From: Oikopleura dioica
Taxonomy: Eukaryota; Animalia; Chordata
Reading direction: 5' to 3'
Length of the DNA: 64,000 nt
NCBI GenBank assembly: GCA_907165135.1
Contig: OU015570.1
Location: 1,757,929 to 1,821,928 of the forward strand
Part shown: one piece after another, positions 34,036 to 47,085 of the stretch
Layout of the letters: the number at the start of each line of letters is the position of its first letter
Position numbering within the stretch: position 1 is the stretch's first letter
The notes under the pieces: generated by a model
Seen by the model: only the letters and a program-made list of their open reading frames with translations
The model's database searches: none
What the model was told of the DNA's origin: nothing
Made by a program: the position numbers and the translations under genes

Positions 34036-36983
34036 CCGTGGTTTTCCATTTTAAGAGCGCCCAATTTAAGAGCGTTTTCGCCAACATTTTGCAAATTATG
34101 TTATCTGCGAAAATTCCAATTTAAGAGCGTTTTTGAAGATTTTTATGCAATCAAAAAATTTTTAGACTCAAATAAATCATTAACTAAAACGTTGTGGAGG
34201 AGTGTGCGAGGCCATCGGGTAGACCCCCGGCGCTGCCGAGCATGCCCCGCTACCTCAGGCCTCCGGATAATGGAGACATCAGTCTTGAGGAGTCTTGATC
34301 AGTCTGGCCTAGAGTCTTGCCCAGTCCTGCCCAAGCCGAGTCCCACTCTTACTGGTGACTGAAGCGGTTGTCGAAGCTTCATGTCACCGGGGAGATTGGA
34401 GGCAAAAATAAAGAAAGAAAAAATATTTTTTATCCGATGCCGCTAAAAAGAGAAAATGGACCGCTCGCTGCCCAACAACTTTTTGGAACGCTGAAATTGC
34501 CTCTGGAAATAATTCCCGCCGCCGCCGTTTACCAGTAAAAACAGTAAGGAATTTATAGATAAAGAAGATCTTTGATTAAATGTATCGAAATTTGGAATTT
34601 TTCTTGGAATTTAATTATGCTTCACGATTGCCGCCGCCGTAATAATAATAAGAAGTTTTGGATGGAAAAAATTTTTGGACTGAAAATGTTGAAATTTTGC
34701 AAATTTTCTTGAAATTGAAGCCCCGCTCACTGATTCATTATCAATTTTATGGGGACAGAAAATTAAAAATGGAAACTGCTCATGGACAACATTGGATAAA
34801 ATTTTTTTTTGCTCTCGATTCGATGGATTTTTTGCTTTATTCCGGATAGATGACATTTAAATTTACGCCGATACAACGAAGATTTTCTATCGCTTTAGAA
34901 GAACTTGCATTTTTTTATATTATGCTTTGGAGAAGAAAAAACCAGAAATTAATCTACAAATAGTGAAATTTCTACAAAAATTTGCTAATTCATGGAAGCC
35001 TCGCTTAATTATGGGGACAAGAAAGTAAATTGCTAGAAATATTTATGCCGTGTGGATTATCTTTTCTGACCTGGATATCTATTGGATTTTTGCAACACTA
35101 AAACGGTAAAGTAAGAAGATTGGAATGCTCAACACTAACTTGGACCGCTCGCCGCTTCACGACACTGAAGAAAAAATTGACATGAAATTCGATCGCCTTT
35201 GAAAATTTTCGCCGCCGCCTTTTCATCAAGAAGAATCTACAGTCACTGACACTTTTTGAAGAGTTTTCTTTCTCATGGAAGCCCGTTATAGTTTAGAGAC
35301 GAGAAAAAACACAGAAACTCATTTTATGAAGATTGACCTCTGGATTTTCGAAACTTGACTTGTTCTACGATACTTGGACCATTGCTTAAGCGCTTGCTTT
35401 GGAAATGCTAAAAACAGAAAAAGTACTTGGAGAACGAATTTGGAAGATTTCAAAATTAGAAACTACACAACGAAGCACATATTTTCAATCAATGACGATG
35501 AAGACGATTCTCAGATAAGACGCATCCGATAAGAATTTGAAAACAGTTCACACCAGACATGGGAACCGACTGACAGACCTACTGAGCTGCATGGCCGTCA
35601 CTTATCAAAACCGTCATAGATTGACCGAATTCTTTCACAAAGACACACAGAAGCCACGAGACAAAGACATGAGAACCTCGACATTGGTCGGGACGCCGAC
35701 TGCTTAAATGTCGTCACTTATCACATTCAAAATGAATATCCTGACTTTCAGACAGAAGATAACTTAGACATTAGGAGAAGAAGCACGGAAGTAGTGCACT
35801 CATCAGACATGACAAGAATACACGGGAAACGTAAATGATGAAGAACACGATGAAGAAAATCGAAAACATAGAAACAAAGAAGATACGATGATGAAGAAGT
35901 TGCTGAAGAAGAAGCACAGAGGAGGAAAGCTTTCCCGTCCTTAGAGAGAAAAAGGACGACCAGCGACGGCACTCTCACCCTGGAAGAGCCCTGAAAGACC
36001 AGTAGAGGGAAGGGTTGTAAGAAGAGATGCATGGGATGCAAGGAATGCCGAGGACAGGCACTTAGTCGCTGAAGGGTATGGTACAGAGCTGGTACATACC
36101 GGTTATGTGGTAAAAGTATTTTTCCTTTGACGAAGAAAATGTGTATATGCGTCAACATTTCGTAAAGGCAATCTACATCCACATAACGAGAATATATATA
36201 TAACTAGAACGTTGTGGAGGAGTGTGCGAGGCCGTCGGGTAGACCCCCGGCGCTGCCGAGCATGCCCCGCTACCTCAGGCCTCCGGATAATGGAGACATC
36301 AGTCTTGAGGAGTCTTGATCAGTCTGGCCTAGAGTCTTGCCCAGTCTTGCCCAAGCCGAGTCCCACTCTTAACGTGTAATCTCTGACTGCTTTTCCGGCC
36401 ATTTTAAAGTCAATGGTTTGGCAGTGTCGGCTCCTTCTGTCATTTGAACTTGAGGTTCTTCTTCAATCTCCATCGCCGACGGACCATCAGGGTCGGAGCT
36501 CTTTTGCTTTTAATCTGATTCCTAGATATTTAATTTACCTATTCCTACAAAGGCTAGAAAATGTACCCTGAGGCATGTCTTCCCCATCATTTTCCTTCGG
36601 ATTATCTATAAGATCTCCATGACAGTCTTTCTCCCATCCTTTCTTTTTGAGCCTTCACCAGAATCTGCGCATATTTTTTCTATTAAGCCAAAGACATGTG
36701 TTTTTCTTTTCTTCTCCTGGCATTTTCGTTGTTTAAATTTTGAAGAATGAAAGAGATCAGATTAAGAAAAAGCGCTCGAGCAAAATCCTGAAAAAATCAC
36801 TCACGTTCTCATCTTGATATACAATTACTTTTGCTTCTAGATCTTTTCTGTTTCATACTTTCGAAATTCCCTGAAAAATGAAAATAACCACTGTCATCCT
36901 ATATCGATAGAAAAATTTCCAATTTAAGAGCGTTTTAAGCAAACCCTGTCATCTAAAAAACGCTCTTAAAATGAAAACCACGG
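34036..36983 (-). mobile_element. pogo-like non-autonomous DNA transposon carrying a nested 2.2-kb insertion
   Basis: TA|CCGTGGTTTTC(C)ATTTTAAGAGCG ... CGCTCTTAAAATGAAAACCACGG|TA; the minus strand resembles the transposase remnant of 24134-24773. Confidence 0.8.
34193..36371 (+). mobile_element. Unit bounded by 159-bp near-identical direct repeats (34193-34351 and 36213-36371), internal region eroded
   Basis: Two differences seen between the repeats; ACGT on both outer flanks; TGGTGACTGA just inside the left repeat. Confidence 0.6.
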
Positions 36984-37486
36984 TATATGCTCACAATTTG
37001 TGAGTCACAAATATTGCATTTAGAACATTTGGTAAGTATGCTTAAGTTGTTTTGCTTTCAACCCTAACAAATTTTTAGAGAAAACAATCAATCTGATTTA
37101 AAACAGCTGAAAGCTTTTTCTAGAACATTTTGGATTTGGCCCTCCGAATTCCTGGGTTTTCGATTTTGCCCAGGGATTGGGAGGGTACCCGGTTTGTGTG
37201 CCAAATTGGGTTGGAAAACATAAGAGTGCATATGCGCTCCGCAGCGCGCGCGATGCGTCACTTTTCTTATTTGGAAGGCGTAGGGTGGCCGCAGCGCAAA
37301 GACGCAAAAAGAAAAAATTCAATTTTCAAAAAAAATTATATTATAATAAAAGTAAACTTTTTTTCTTGGAAAATAAGTAATAACAGATAAACTTTATATT
37401 TTTATAAAAAACAAAACATTTTTCTTAAAGAATTCAAAATTTAATAAAAAGCTAATTTATAATTAATGAATAATAATATCAATATA

Positions 37487-37576
37487 CAGTGAAACCCTAA
37501 CTTAAGGCCCAGCAACTTAAGGCCCATTTTTCGAAAAATCCGCGGAATCTGTCATCCTTTAAAAATCCAACTTAAC
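37487..37576. mobile_element. Terminal fragment of the pogo-like family
   Basis: TA CAGTGAAACCCTAACTTAAGGCC. Confidence 0.65.
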
Positions 37577-39509
37577 TTCTCAATACACGGGTGCGCGACT
37601 AAGCGCTCAAAACACGGGGTCGGGAAAACCGACCACCAAGCATTATTCAGCCCCGCGCGGCGCGCTAAATCCTGAGTGTGAAAAATAGCGCCGACGTTTT
37701 TGATCCCTCATTCATATTTCCGTCGAGATATTAAGTTCAAAACTATACTGTTAAAAAGCTTGAACACTCAGCTATTTACTCATGTTATTATCAAGGAGAA
37801 AAAACCTGCCAATTTCTCGATAATGAGCTCGAAAGAGATCTGGTGCAAATATAAGTGCACATTGCAAAAATTAGGTCAAACAGATTACCACATTCGAAGT
37901 TATTGAGGGCCAAAGCCGTTTTGGTTTTGGTTTTACCGACCACGTGTATTGAGAAGTTAAGGGATCCCCCGTTTTGGCCATCTTTGACTGGAAATTCAGC
38001 CGATTTGCGCTTATGTATTTGGGCGTACAATAGCTCTACGTAAAGCTCAGATGCTATCCGCTATTCTCTAGTACAGAGAAGTTTTTTGCTCAAGGCAAAC
38101 CTACCACTAGGAGGGGCGAAAGTTCGAGAATTTCGAAAAAAGGCCATTTCAGGCTATTTTTGAGTTGAAATTCAGCCGATTTGGGCTTAGATAGACACCA
38201 TCTCCGACTAGATTTAGATTGACCGAGGCCTAATCTTTAATCTCTAGTACCGAGTAATAATTTGGCCAAGTAATTAAAAATTTTTCTTTAGAACAAGCGA
38301 TTGGGGCCATTTTTGGCGTTTTTTGGAGGTAAAATGCTCTCTAGCGCCAACATTTTGTCAAAAAGTCTAGTGCGGTTAAAAAATTCTTAATCTGCACATT
38401 CTAAGCTTTCGATAGACCCCTTATATGTCTCATTTCGATGTTATTGATAAGTCGAAAAAAATTCCGATTTTTATAGATTAAATTCCGATTATAGTATAAA
38501 TTACATGCATTTTTGCAATTTTCGAAGGCTAAAATTTCAGGGATAGATGTTCGTAAAGGGGTCATGTAATACATCAAAATGATCCTCAGATCACGAGAAA
38601 TCTAAAAATGCCAGATATCATCCCCTATGAAAGACTTGAAAAAACAGGGGGGGATCCCTTAAGGCCCCTTTTTACTCTGATTATTTAATTTATAAAAGAA
38701 AAGGTCATCAAATTGTTGATTATGCTGTTTTTATTTTGATTTTTTTTTATTTTTTTTGGAAAAAAACAGTTTTTATGGAACGTCTGGAGATATATTGAAT
38801 TCGTAGTGGTTTACGCAGAACACTTTCAGTAATTGAGTGAATAAAATTTCTTTGTCCATCGTCAGTTTGAACTCAGAAATTTACCTAATCATCTAAATTT
38901 TAGGATCTAAAGCTTGAATGTTTTCTGTTTCTGTTTTTATATCGAATTTATATCGAAACACAATTGACAAGGACGCGCTTATTATCAATTTTCTAGTGTC
39001 ACGAGCATAAAAATGGAGTCCCTACCTCCCTTACTACTTCCATATTTACTTCCATAAATTAACGATCCTTCAGGCCGTCTCAGCCCCATTCCTTGATTTT
39101 TAAAATTAAGGGGCTTGACAAAGGCCTGGTACTCTGAGTTGATCAATACCAGTTCAAAATTCAAATTATTCTTGTTTTTATTTAATTATGATTTTTATTT
39201 TAAATTATGAAAATCGCTATTATTTATATTTTCAATCAATTTAATTTCAATAATCAATTAAAATCTTCCTTGAACATATTTAACGATTATTTTGGTAGAC
39301 TAACGCTTGATTTTGCAAATTTGAAAAAATCTATCTTACCCTCCACCCTAGTGCTTTGCGTGCTCACAAAACCGACCCGGCTTTTTGCTCACCCTAAACT
39401 GTGCGTCAATTGCTACTGTCCCTATGACTCATTTTTGACCGTAGAAATATACTCAACGTAGAAATATACGCATCGTAGAAATATACGCAAACCCCCCAAA
39501 ACCGTAGCA

Positions 39510-39880
39510 AACGACGCGCACCCTGCGCTCCCATGCGTTATCGCGCGCCACGCGCTGCATTCAAAATATCGGCAAAATTTGCAGTTTTTTGTAAATTTCG
39601 GACAGAAGCATGAGGTTTTCAAATTTTTTTAAAAGGGATTTGAAATAAGCTTGTCCCGCCGGTTATCCCAGTATAATTTATTTTTTTTGAAATCGAAATA
39701 CAACCTGGTGAATACGAAAATCACCATCTTTGACCCTTAATATTTTTTCAACCCTTTCATTTATGAAAGAGTCAAAAAAGGAAAAATGCTTATTTGTACT
39801 ATCTCAAAAACATATTAAAAAATAAAAACGATTGGATTAGTATTTCGGGTACTTAATTTTTGTGTACGGACCCTACCCAT
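39510..39880. repeat. Dispersed repeat, probably a DNA-transposon derivative; copy at ~51570-51930 and a more distant one at ~9690-10005
   Basis: Shared cgcgcgccacgcgctgcattcaaaatatcggc...gtatttcgggtacttaatttttgtgtacggaccctacc. Confidence 0.7.
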
Positions 39881-40160
39881 GTGTCAAAGTGGTATAAACT
39901 TTGAATTTCCCCTGAGGCGCTTTGACTTGTTTCATATGTGTCATCACTTTGAATGAAAAGCTTAATCCTAATTTGTCTGCATAATTTATGCAGCGTAAAG
40001 CGTAGTGTCCTTAGCAGGCACCGCTCTAGTCACCGATGGGCCGTCGGCGATGGAAGAAGCGCCTCCGGTGAAATTCAAAGTTAAGGCCAACCGAAGTTTT
40101 TATCGCACATATAAACTTCTTAGTTTAGACCAACCCCTATTTAACATAATGATTTACTTT

Positions 40161-40310
40161 CCAGACCTGTCTCTTATTAGTCTGAGACTCAAAAAGACTT
40201 AGTCTTAGTCTCATCTAGTCTCAGTGACAAAATTGCTCATACGCTATAGTCAAGTGACTAGACTCTAGTCTTAAGACTAAGACTAGATAAAAACTTTAGT
40301 AAAGGGTCTG
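40161..40310. repeat. Short AGTCT/AGACT-rich MITE-like element
   Basis: CCAGACC..GGTCTGG inverted ends, internal palindromic repeats. Confidence 0.5.
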
Positions 40311-41091
40311 GCATGGGTCAGAGTCAAACTTTTCTTTTCTTCAATTTTATTTTTATCGAGTTATACAGGTTCTAAAACCCCTTTTCTTCCTTTATTTCCT
40401 ATTCCCACCTCGTATGATGATGAGTCATACATTTTTAGATCATGGGGATCACGATTGTAAGCGAAAGACCGCTTCAAGTTGACCTCCCCTGAACACTTGC
40501 CGGACGCTTTAGTACCTTTGGTACCTTAATTCCCTCAGGGAACGAAATCACCCCCATAGTCAAAATCATCCTTAGCTCCTGGGCTTTCTAAATCTGTATT
40601 ATATGCCCAACCTACTAAGCAAGAAAAAAAGCTCAAATATAATTGCCTTAATTTGATCAGGTGACTAAGCCTTATTCATTATAAGTTCTCCTGGAGACTA
40701 TGTTTCTTATAAAAAATTGCTGAAATACTGGGAACATCATGTAGTGTTTATATACTGTATTGCGCTATGTATAAATTTGTCCTTTCCTATCAATCAATCC
40801 TGACAGCTCAGCGCTAGCTGTTCTAGTGCTCATTATTTTCATTTTCGTGAACACCAAATTTTCGTGCTCGTGAACTCCAAATTTTCGTGTTCGTGAACTC
40901 GTAAAATCCGAGTTCACGGAATGAGTCCATGTGCACGAAACCTACTATAAAAAAGACTGCACCTCTTTTTACAATTCATTCTACTTTTCTTTTTTCTGGA
41001 ATAAACATCTCAGATAAAGATCACTTTGTAGTGTATAATCACTACAAATTGGTGACTGAGTTATTCCTTATCCCTACCCCCGATAGAGATC

Positions 41092-42398
41092 ATGATGAAA
41101 ATCATTACAAAAGAGATTGCAGAGAGATTAATTAATGAGAATTGGACACCTCTCTTACTTGATGCAACACAACTCGATGCAAATCTAAAAAATGGGCTTA
41201 CCTACTTGGCTAGAAAAGATCCAACTTTAGTAAAGAAAATCGATAAAAATCCGCTACGACGTCTTGGTAACGAAAATGCTATTTTTCTTTTCAAAACTCC
41301 ATTGGATGAAATTCCGTCAGTCAATGAAGATCAACAAAAAGAATTGTGCGATCAAGCCAAGCAAATCTTTGCTGAAGAACGTGAAAGCCAAATTTTTCAA
41401 ATCGAAAAAGCCCCTCCGCAACCAAAGCAGGAAAACGTGGAAACTAATCCAGGAATGGATGAGCTTACCAATCTTGTGCAATCAGGAGAAATGACTGACA
41501 TTGATGTCCAAATGCTTTTGACTGCGTTTAAAGAAACACACAAGTCCGAGAAAACTCCTGAAGAAAATCCTACTCCTGCACTGCAAACTCCCCGAATCAC
41601 CCAAAAACGTGCTTTGACGACTGTGAAAGTTAAGAATCCAAAATACGATTCCTCACTTCCCATCAGCGCGTGGATCACGAACATGGAAATCTATGGCAAG
41701 GTTTCCGCACTTGAAGACGAAGAGCTAATCACTGTAGCTCTGAGTAGCTTGCTAGCAGAAAATGAAGGAAGTCACATCATGGCATCACTCTCAGCTAACG
41801 AGTTGAAAGACTGGAATTCCTTCAAGAACAAAATGCTCGAAAGTCTCGGAAAAACACGGGACTACTACAAGCTCGAATTCGAGAACTATCAACGTGGTTC
41901 TGACAGTTTTGGCGTCGCAATGGCAAAACTCTGCTCCTACTATAAGCAAGGTTACGATGTTGACGACTTACGAAGAAGCGATGAAGAACTGCTTATCGAA
42001 AGATTTTGCCAATCTCAAGATGGTCGAATGAAAGAACTTCTCCTCCGAGAAAAGGCTTATTTGAATATCAACACGATCGTCAAAAGAGCAAATGAGCTTG
42101 AGAGATCCATTCCAAAGAGAGAAATGAATTTTGCGATTCCACAAGTTGCAGCTCATGAAAATCTCGAGAAAAAGATCGAAGGTCTTATTGAAATCGTCAA
42201 GCAGATGAAATCTGAAAAATATCAGAAGAAAAAGACCACACTTAAAAGAGAGCTCCGATCGATCAAGAGAAAACGCAAGGATTTTGCCTCAAATTCATCC
42301 GCGACGGCAAATGCTCATATGGATCATCATGCAAGTATATCCACGACAAATCTGGTATTGCACCTGAAGAAGTTGTGAAATATGCTAAATCTATTTAG
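41092..42398 (+). CDS. gag: C2 Gag (1-nt deletion near 42245; the corrected frame ends in a CCCH finger)
   Basis: 428-aa ORF plus -1 frame tail KRAPIDQEKTQGFCLKFIRDGKCSYGSSCKYIH. Confidence 0.85.
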
Positions 42399-45300
42399 GA
42401 TGTTCAACAAATGAATTTTCTTGTCCGAATTATTTTTCGGTACCAAAATCTCTCAAATTCATCTCAGTTAACATCCAAAATCTTGTCTTTCCTGCTCTGA
42501 TCGACAGCGCCTGCTCTCGAACTTGTATAAATGCCTCTCTTCCATTCATCGGGAAAACAAAACCTACGAATATGAAAGTCTACTGCGCAAACAATCAAGT
42601 CATCACACCAAACATCCTATCATCACCATTGATGATGGAAGTTAAATCGCAAGATGGTCCACTCCATCTCAAAACTACTCCGCTTGTAATCGACGGACTT
42701 TGCTGTCCAATTATTCTCGGACTTGACCTTCTCACCGATTTGCAAATGAGCGCATCTGATGACTTCATTACCATACAGCAAAAACGAATAAAAACAGTAC
42801 ATCCCGATCTTTCTCAAAATTCAACATAAAAGCGATCGTCACTCTTGATGGAGATGATGAAAGCGAAAAAAAATCATTAAAAACTTTCCAAAAACTTCGA
42901 AGTCAAAAAGCAGAAAAGATAAATTTCATACCTGAAATTGCATCTTTTGGCGACACAAACGAAGAACAAAAACAAATCCTTCTTCTCCTCACTTGTAAAT
43001 ATAAACTCGCCTTTTCGATGGATGAATCTGACCTTGGAAAACTCCATGGATTCAGATTCTCAATGCCTTTTCATGATGAGAAAGCAACCACTCATCAGCC
43101 GCCTCGTCCTATTCCGATTCATCTCCAAGCACAAGTTGCATCCGAAATCAGAAAGTGGGAATCACTCGAAATCATTGAGGAAACACAATCTCCAAACAAT
43201 ATTCCACTTTTGATTCTCAAGAAACCAGACGGAAGCATCCGTATATCCCTTGATGCGAGAAACCTCAATGCGTTGTTAATCAAGGATCGATTTCCTTTAC
43301 CTGTAATGACGCAGGTTTTTTACGAAATAGGAAAGCGCCTTTCTGATAGGAATTCCTGTTTCATTTCAAATTTCGACCTCCACCGAGGATATTGGCAATT
43401 ACAAACGCTCGAAGATGACTGCCCAAAAATGGCCTTCAGCTTCAATAACAAGCACTACGCAGCGCGTCGAATGCTTTACGGAGTTGCAACTGGCCCCTCT
43501 GCATTTTCAAGAGTTATGGCTAAACTTCTTGACCACAAATCGATTCTCTTGTATCTCGACGATGTTATTGCTGTCGACTCAAGCTTTGATGAACATGTCA
43601 AAACGATCGAATTTATTCTCAAAACATGCTATGATCACGGTCTACTTCTGTCTCCAAAGAAATGCTTCCTTTGCAAGGGAGAAATAAACTTTCTTGGACA
43701 TTCGATTTCGAAAAACGGAATTCGTCTAACAGAAAAGCATCTAAAAGTCATCAAAGAGCTTGAACCACCCAAAAATCGCAATGAAGTAAAACGAATGTTA
43801 GGATGTATTAACTTCAACCTCAAATTTGTCCAGGACGGCTCATCCATCCTTCAACCACTCTACGAACTAACATCGAAAAAGAAAGACTTTGTCTGGGAAG
43901 AAAAACACCAATCCGCCTTTGATGAAATCAAGAAACGGCTCCTTGAAAGACCCTGCTTAGCTCACTTTAAAGAAGGATGTGAGCTTGTTCTCGTTACTGA
44001 CAGCAGTGGATCTAAGATTGGTGGTTGCCTGTACCAGAAAGATGGTGATGAACTTGTTGCTCTTGGATATTTTTCAAAGGCACTTGTTGGACCTGACCTT
44101 CGAAGATCGATGAGAGCAAAAGAACTGTTTGCCCTCGCACTCGGGATCCAATTCTTTGAATTCTATCTTCTGAATACGACTTTCACCGCTGTCGTTGATC
44201 ACAAGAGTCTTCTCTATCTGTTTAAAGAGCAATCTGAATATCGAAAGAATGACATCAAGCTTCAAAATCTGCTCAATTACCTTCTACGCTTCGACTTTCG
44301 AATTCTCCACAAAAGTGGGGACTCACCAATCATGGCAACAGCCGACTTTTTGAGCCGACTTCCTGAGTACAAAAGCTCTGAGCTTGAAAAAGACTCCGAA
44401 ACCTTTGAAGACATACCAGAAACAGTGTTGCTTCTTCATACTTCCTGTGAGAAGAACGACCAAATTATTTTCAAATTCGGTGATCAAGAGTTTGATGAAA
44501 GTACTGTTTCAAGACTTCAAATGGAATGCAACATTACCCGAAACAAATTTGAGAAAGCTAAACGGAATCCAAAGTCATCATTCAAAATCAAAAATGATGT
44601 CCTATACAAGGACAATCGCCTTGTCCTACCACAAAACTTGTCCGATGAATTCCTATCATACCTTCACTGCGTAACCGGACATGCAGGAGCAAAACAAATG
44701 GTCACCCTCTGCCAGAAGTTCTTCATTCATCAAGTACAAATGAAGATCCGCCAACTAACTTCTACTTGCCCAACTTGCCTTCAAATCAAACCAATGGCAA
44801 AACTACGACCGTCGATGATCGAGAAACGAATTTTTGAATCGACTCCCTTTACGAAAACGCACTTTGACCTAGTAGATTACGCAAGACCCGACAGCGCCGG
44901 AAAACGCTATCTACTAACCTGCTGCGACTCCCTCACAGGATTCCTCGATGGAATACCACTTAGCCGCAAAACCGATGAGATTGTCGCAAAACATCTCCTG
45001 AACCTCATTCTTACTCATGGATGCACTGGAGACGCTATCACCGACAATGGTGCCGAGCTAAATGGCCCACTTGTCACTGAGATCTTCAAACGTTTTGAAA
45101 TCCGCCATACCACAACAACGGCTTATCGTAGCCAGAGCAATGGTCAACTCGAAAGATTGCACCGAGAAATAAACCTTAAGCTCAAAACACTCAATGCGAA
45201 CAACAGAAACTGGTCTGCAGCGTGGCCACTCTGTAAGTATTTTATTAACAACCTTCCGAAAGAAAGCCTTGACGGACTAAGCGCCAACGAAGCTTACTAT

Positions 45301-45807
45301 GGTCGCTCATTCAATCCGCCATTTCAAACCAATTTCGATGCAAAATCTTCCGGAAAACCATGGATCAAGAGCCTTGAAAGCTACTTCAAGGAACTCCATC
45401 CCGCGATCCTCGCCTACCAAATCGAAAAGCACCGCAAACTTGTCAAATCTGACAAAAACAGCTGCCCCGTCCTTAAAATTGGTCAAAAATGTCTTGTCTG
45501 GAAACCAGCACTTGGCAAGCTCAGCAGAGTTTGGCACGGTCCCTACACAATTAACAAGCGAATCAGCAAAGATTCGTACATCGTGAAAGATATAAACACC
45601 GGCCGTGAATACAGAAGACACATAAATCTGATCCGACCATGCAAAATGCAGCAGCAAGACAATGAAACAAAAAGTCTTGCAGCGAAAGACCAAACCAAAG
45701 TTCCGAATACATGTCTTGATGAAATGATGTCACCCGAGACAATCATCAACTCCGACGACGAAAACGAAAACGCCTGGTCAAAACGACTGCGTCCGCGAAA
45801 GCGATAA
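42389..45807 (+). CDS. pol: C2 Pol (PR-RT-RH-IN), -1 frame relative to gag, one frameshift near 42815
   Basis: LIDSACS; FDLHRGYWQ..YLDD; VTDSSG; HCVTGH..CPTC; HFD, ITDNG, LERLH; GPY motif. Confidence 0.93.
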
Positions 45808-46455
45808 AATAAAAATAAAGGGGGAGGAAGGGCCTCCACAACCCTAAATTTGAAATCCACATTCAGCGTGTGTGGTTGCCAATAGAAAAAAGTCCATAGA
45901 GTACTCGACTTCACAGCAATATTCAATGGTAGCTCACGGAGAAGGGACCTCCACAAAAACTGTCGTCATAAACCCCATTGAATTCCCGCCGCAATTATAA
46001 GTCAAAGATGGCCAGCCTTTGAGATGTTCCGCTATCTTTTCTTACGTCCGCTGTTCACGTGGCCACAATCGAACAGGAGACCTTAAGTTCCGATATGTTC
46101 ATTTCGAGCACGGCTGTGGAAACAACAAAATGCTACCTTTCCAAATTGGCAAAATGTCTTATCGAAGACTCACGAAAATACGATTAATCATTCTCAGCGA
46201 GAAAAGCGGCATATCGAAAACTGAAATCATAAGCTTAATGAAATTTCCGATAATTCAAATGATCTTCAGCGAAGAATCAAAATAACGCCTTCTTATGCCC
46301 AAGAAGAATTCCAGAACAAAATTCGCCTCGCGCTGGAACATAATTGGGGCGCGTCACGGCTGAGCGCCCCCAGCAATTATCCCGGTCGCGCCCGAGTCCC
46401 GACTGGTACCTGGCTAGCAGCGCTAGAATCGTAAAAACGAAAAAAAAAACCAAAA

Positions 46456-47085
46456 ATGAAAAATCTTGAAAATGATTTCTTTATTTTTGCCCCCGCTCAC
46501 CCTAAAAGGATCGTGCAACGCTTTTTACTACCAGCGATCTTCAATATCATCATTCCAGTTGATTTCTTACCCATCGCTTACATAGAGAATTTGAAGAGAA
46601 CACGCGAAATGATCGAAAACGAGCAAGCAAAAGCAGAATCATTCAAGGCGAAATACGAGTTTGACTACGACGAGATCTTCCAACTTCTACAACAACCTCT
46701 TCAAAATGAAGAAACGATTCTTTTCTGGTTCGGTAAAATGAGCTTCCTCTTCACGACCCTTTACGAACATTTCGACAATGAAAATCTAATCAAAGCAATT
46801 TTGAAAGATTACGAGGAAAAATTTCATACTTTTCGTAATATTTGGACGATTTTTGAAGTTGATATTGAGTCCTTTAACAAGAAACTGAAAATTGCAAGTC
46901 ATTTAAATAATAAATTCCGGACTTCAATTCTCTCTGAATATCCTCCAAGAATTACCAATTTTGAAAGCCCTCCGAACTCAGTTATTGTTGGAGCCGAAAA
47001 TCGTCAACCAGTACCTGTGGAAAACTCGCCGATTAACTACGATCAACCATCTTTCCCTGAAAATCTTAGTGAAATTTTTAATTGA
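46456..47085 (+). CDS. C2 accessory ORF3, 209 aa, no signal peptide or TM segment
   Basis: Intact ATG-to-stop ORF between pol and the PPT; homologues at 23126 and 25886. Confidence 0.78.
   Translation: MKNLENDFFIFAPAHPKRIVQRFLLPAIFNIIIPVDFLPIAYIENLKRTREMIENEQAKAESFKAKYEFDYDEIFQLLQQPLQNEETILFWFGKMSFLFTTLYEHFDNENLIKAILKDYEEKFHTFRNIWTIFEVDIESFNKKLKIASHLNNKFRTSILSEYPPRITNFESPPNSVIVGAENRQPVPVENSPINYDQPSFPENLSEIFN

Noticed and set aside
35990-36070. KGCKKRCMGCKECRG as a zinc finger
   Set aside because: Isolated in a stop-riddled region; no complete motif.
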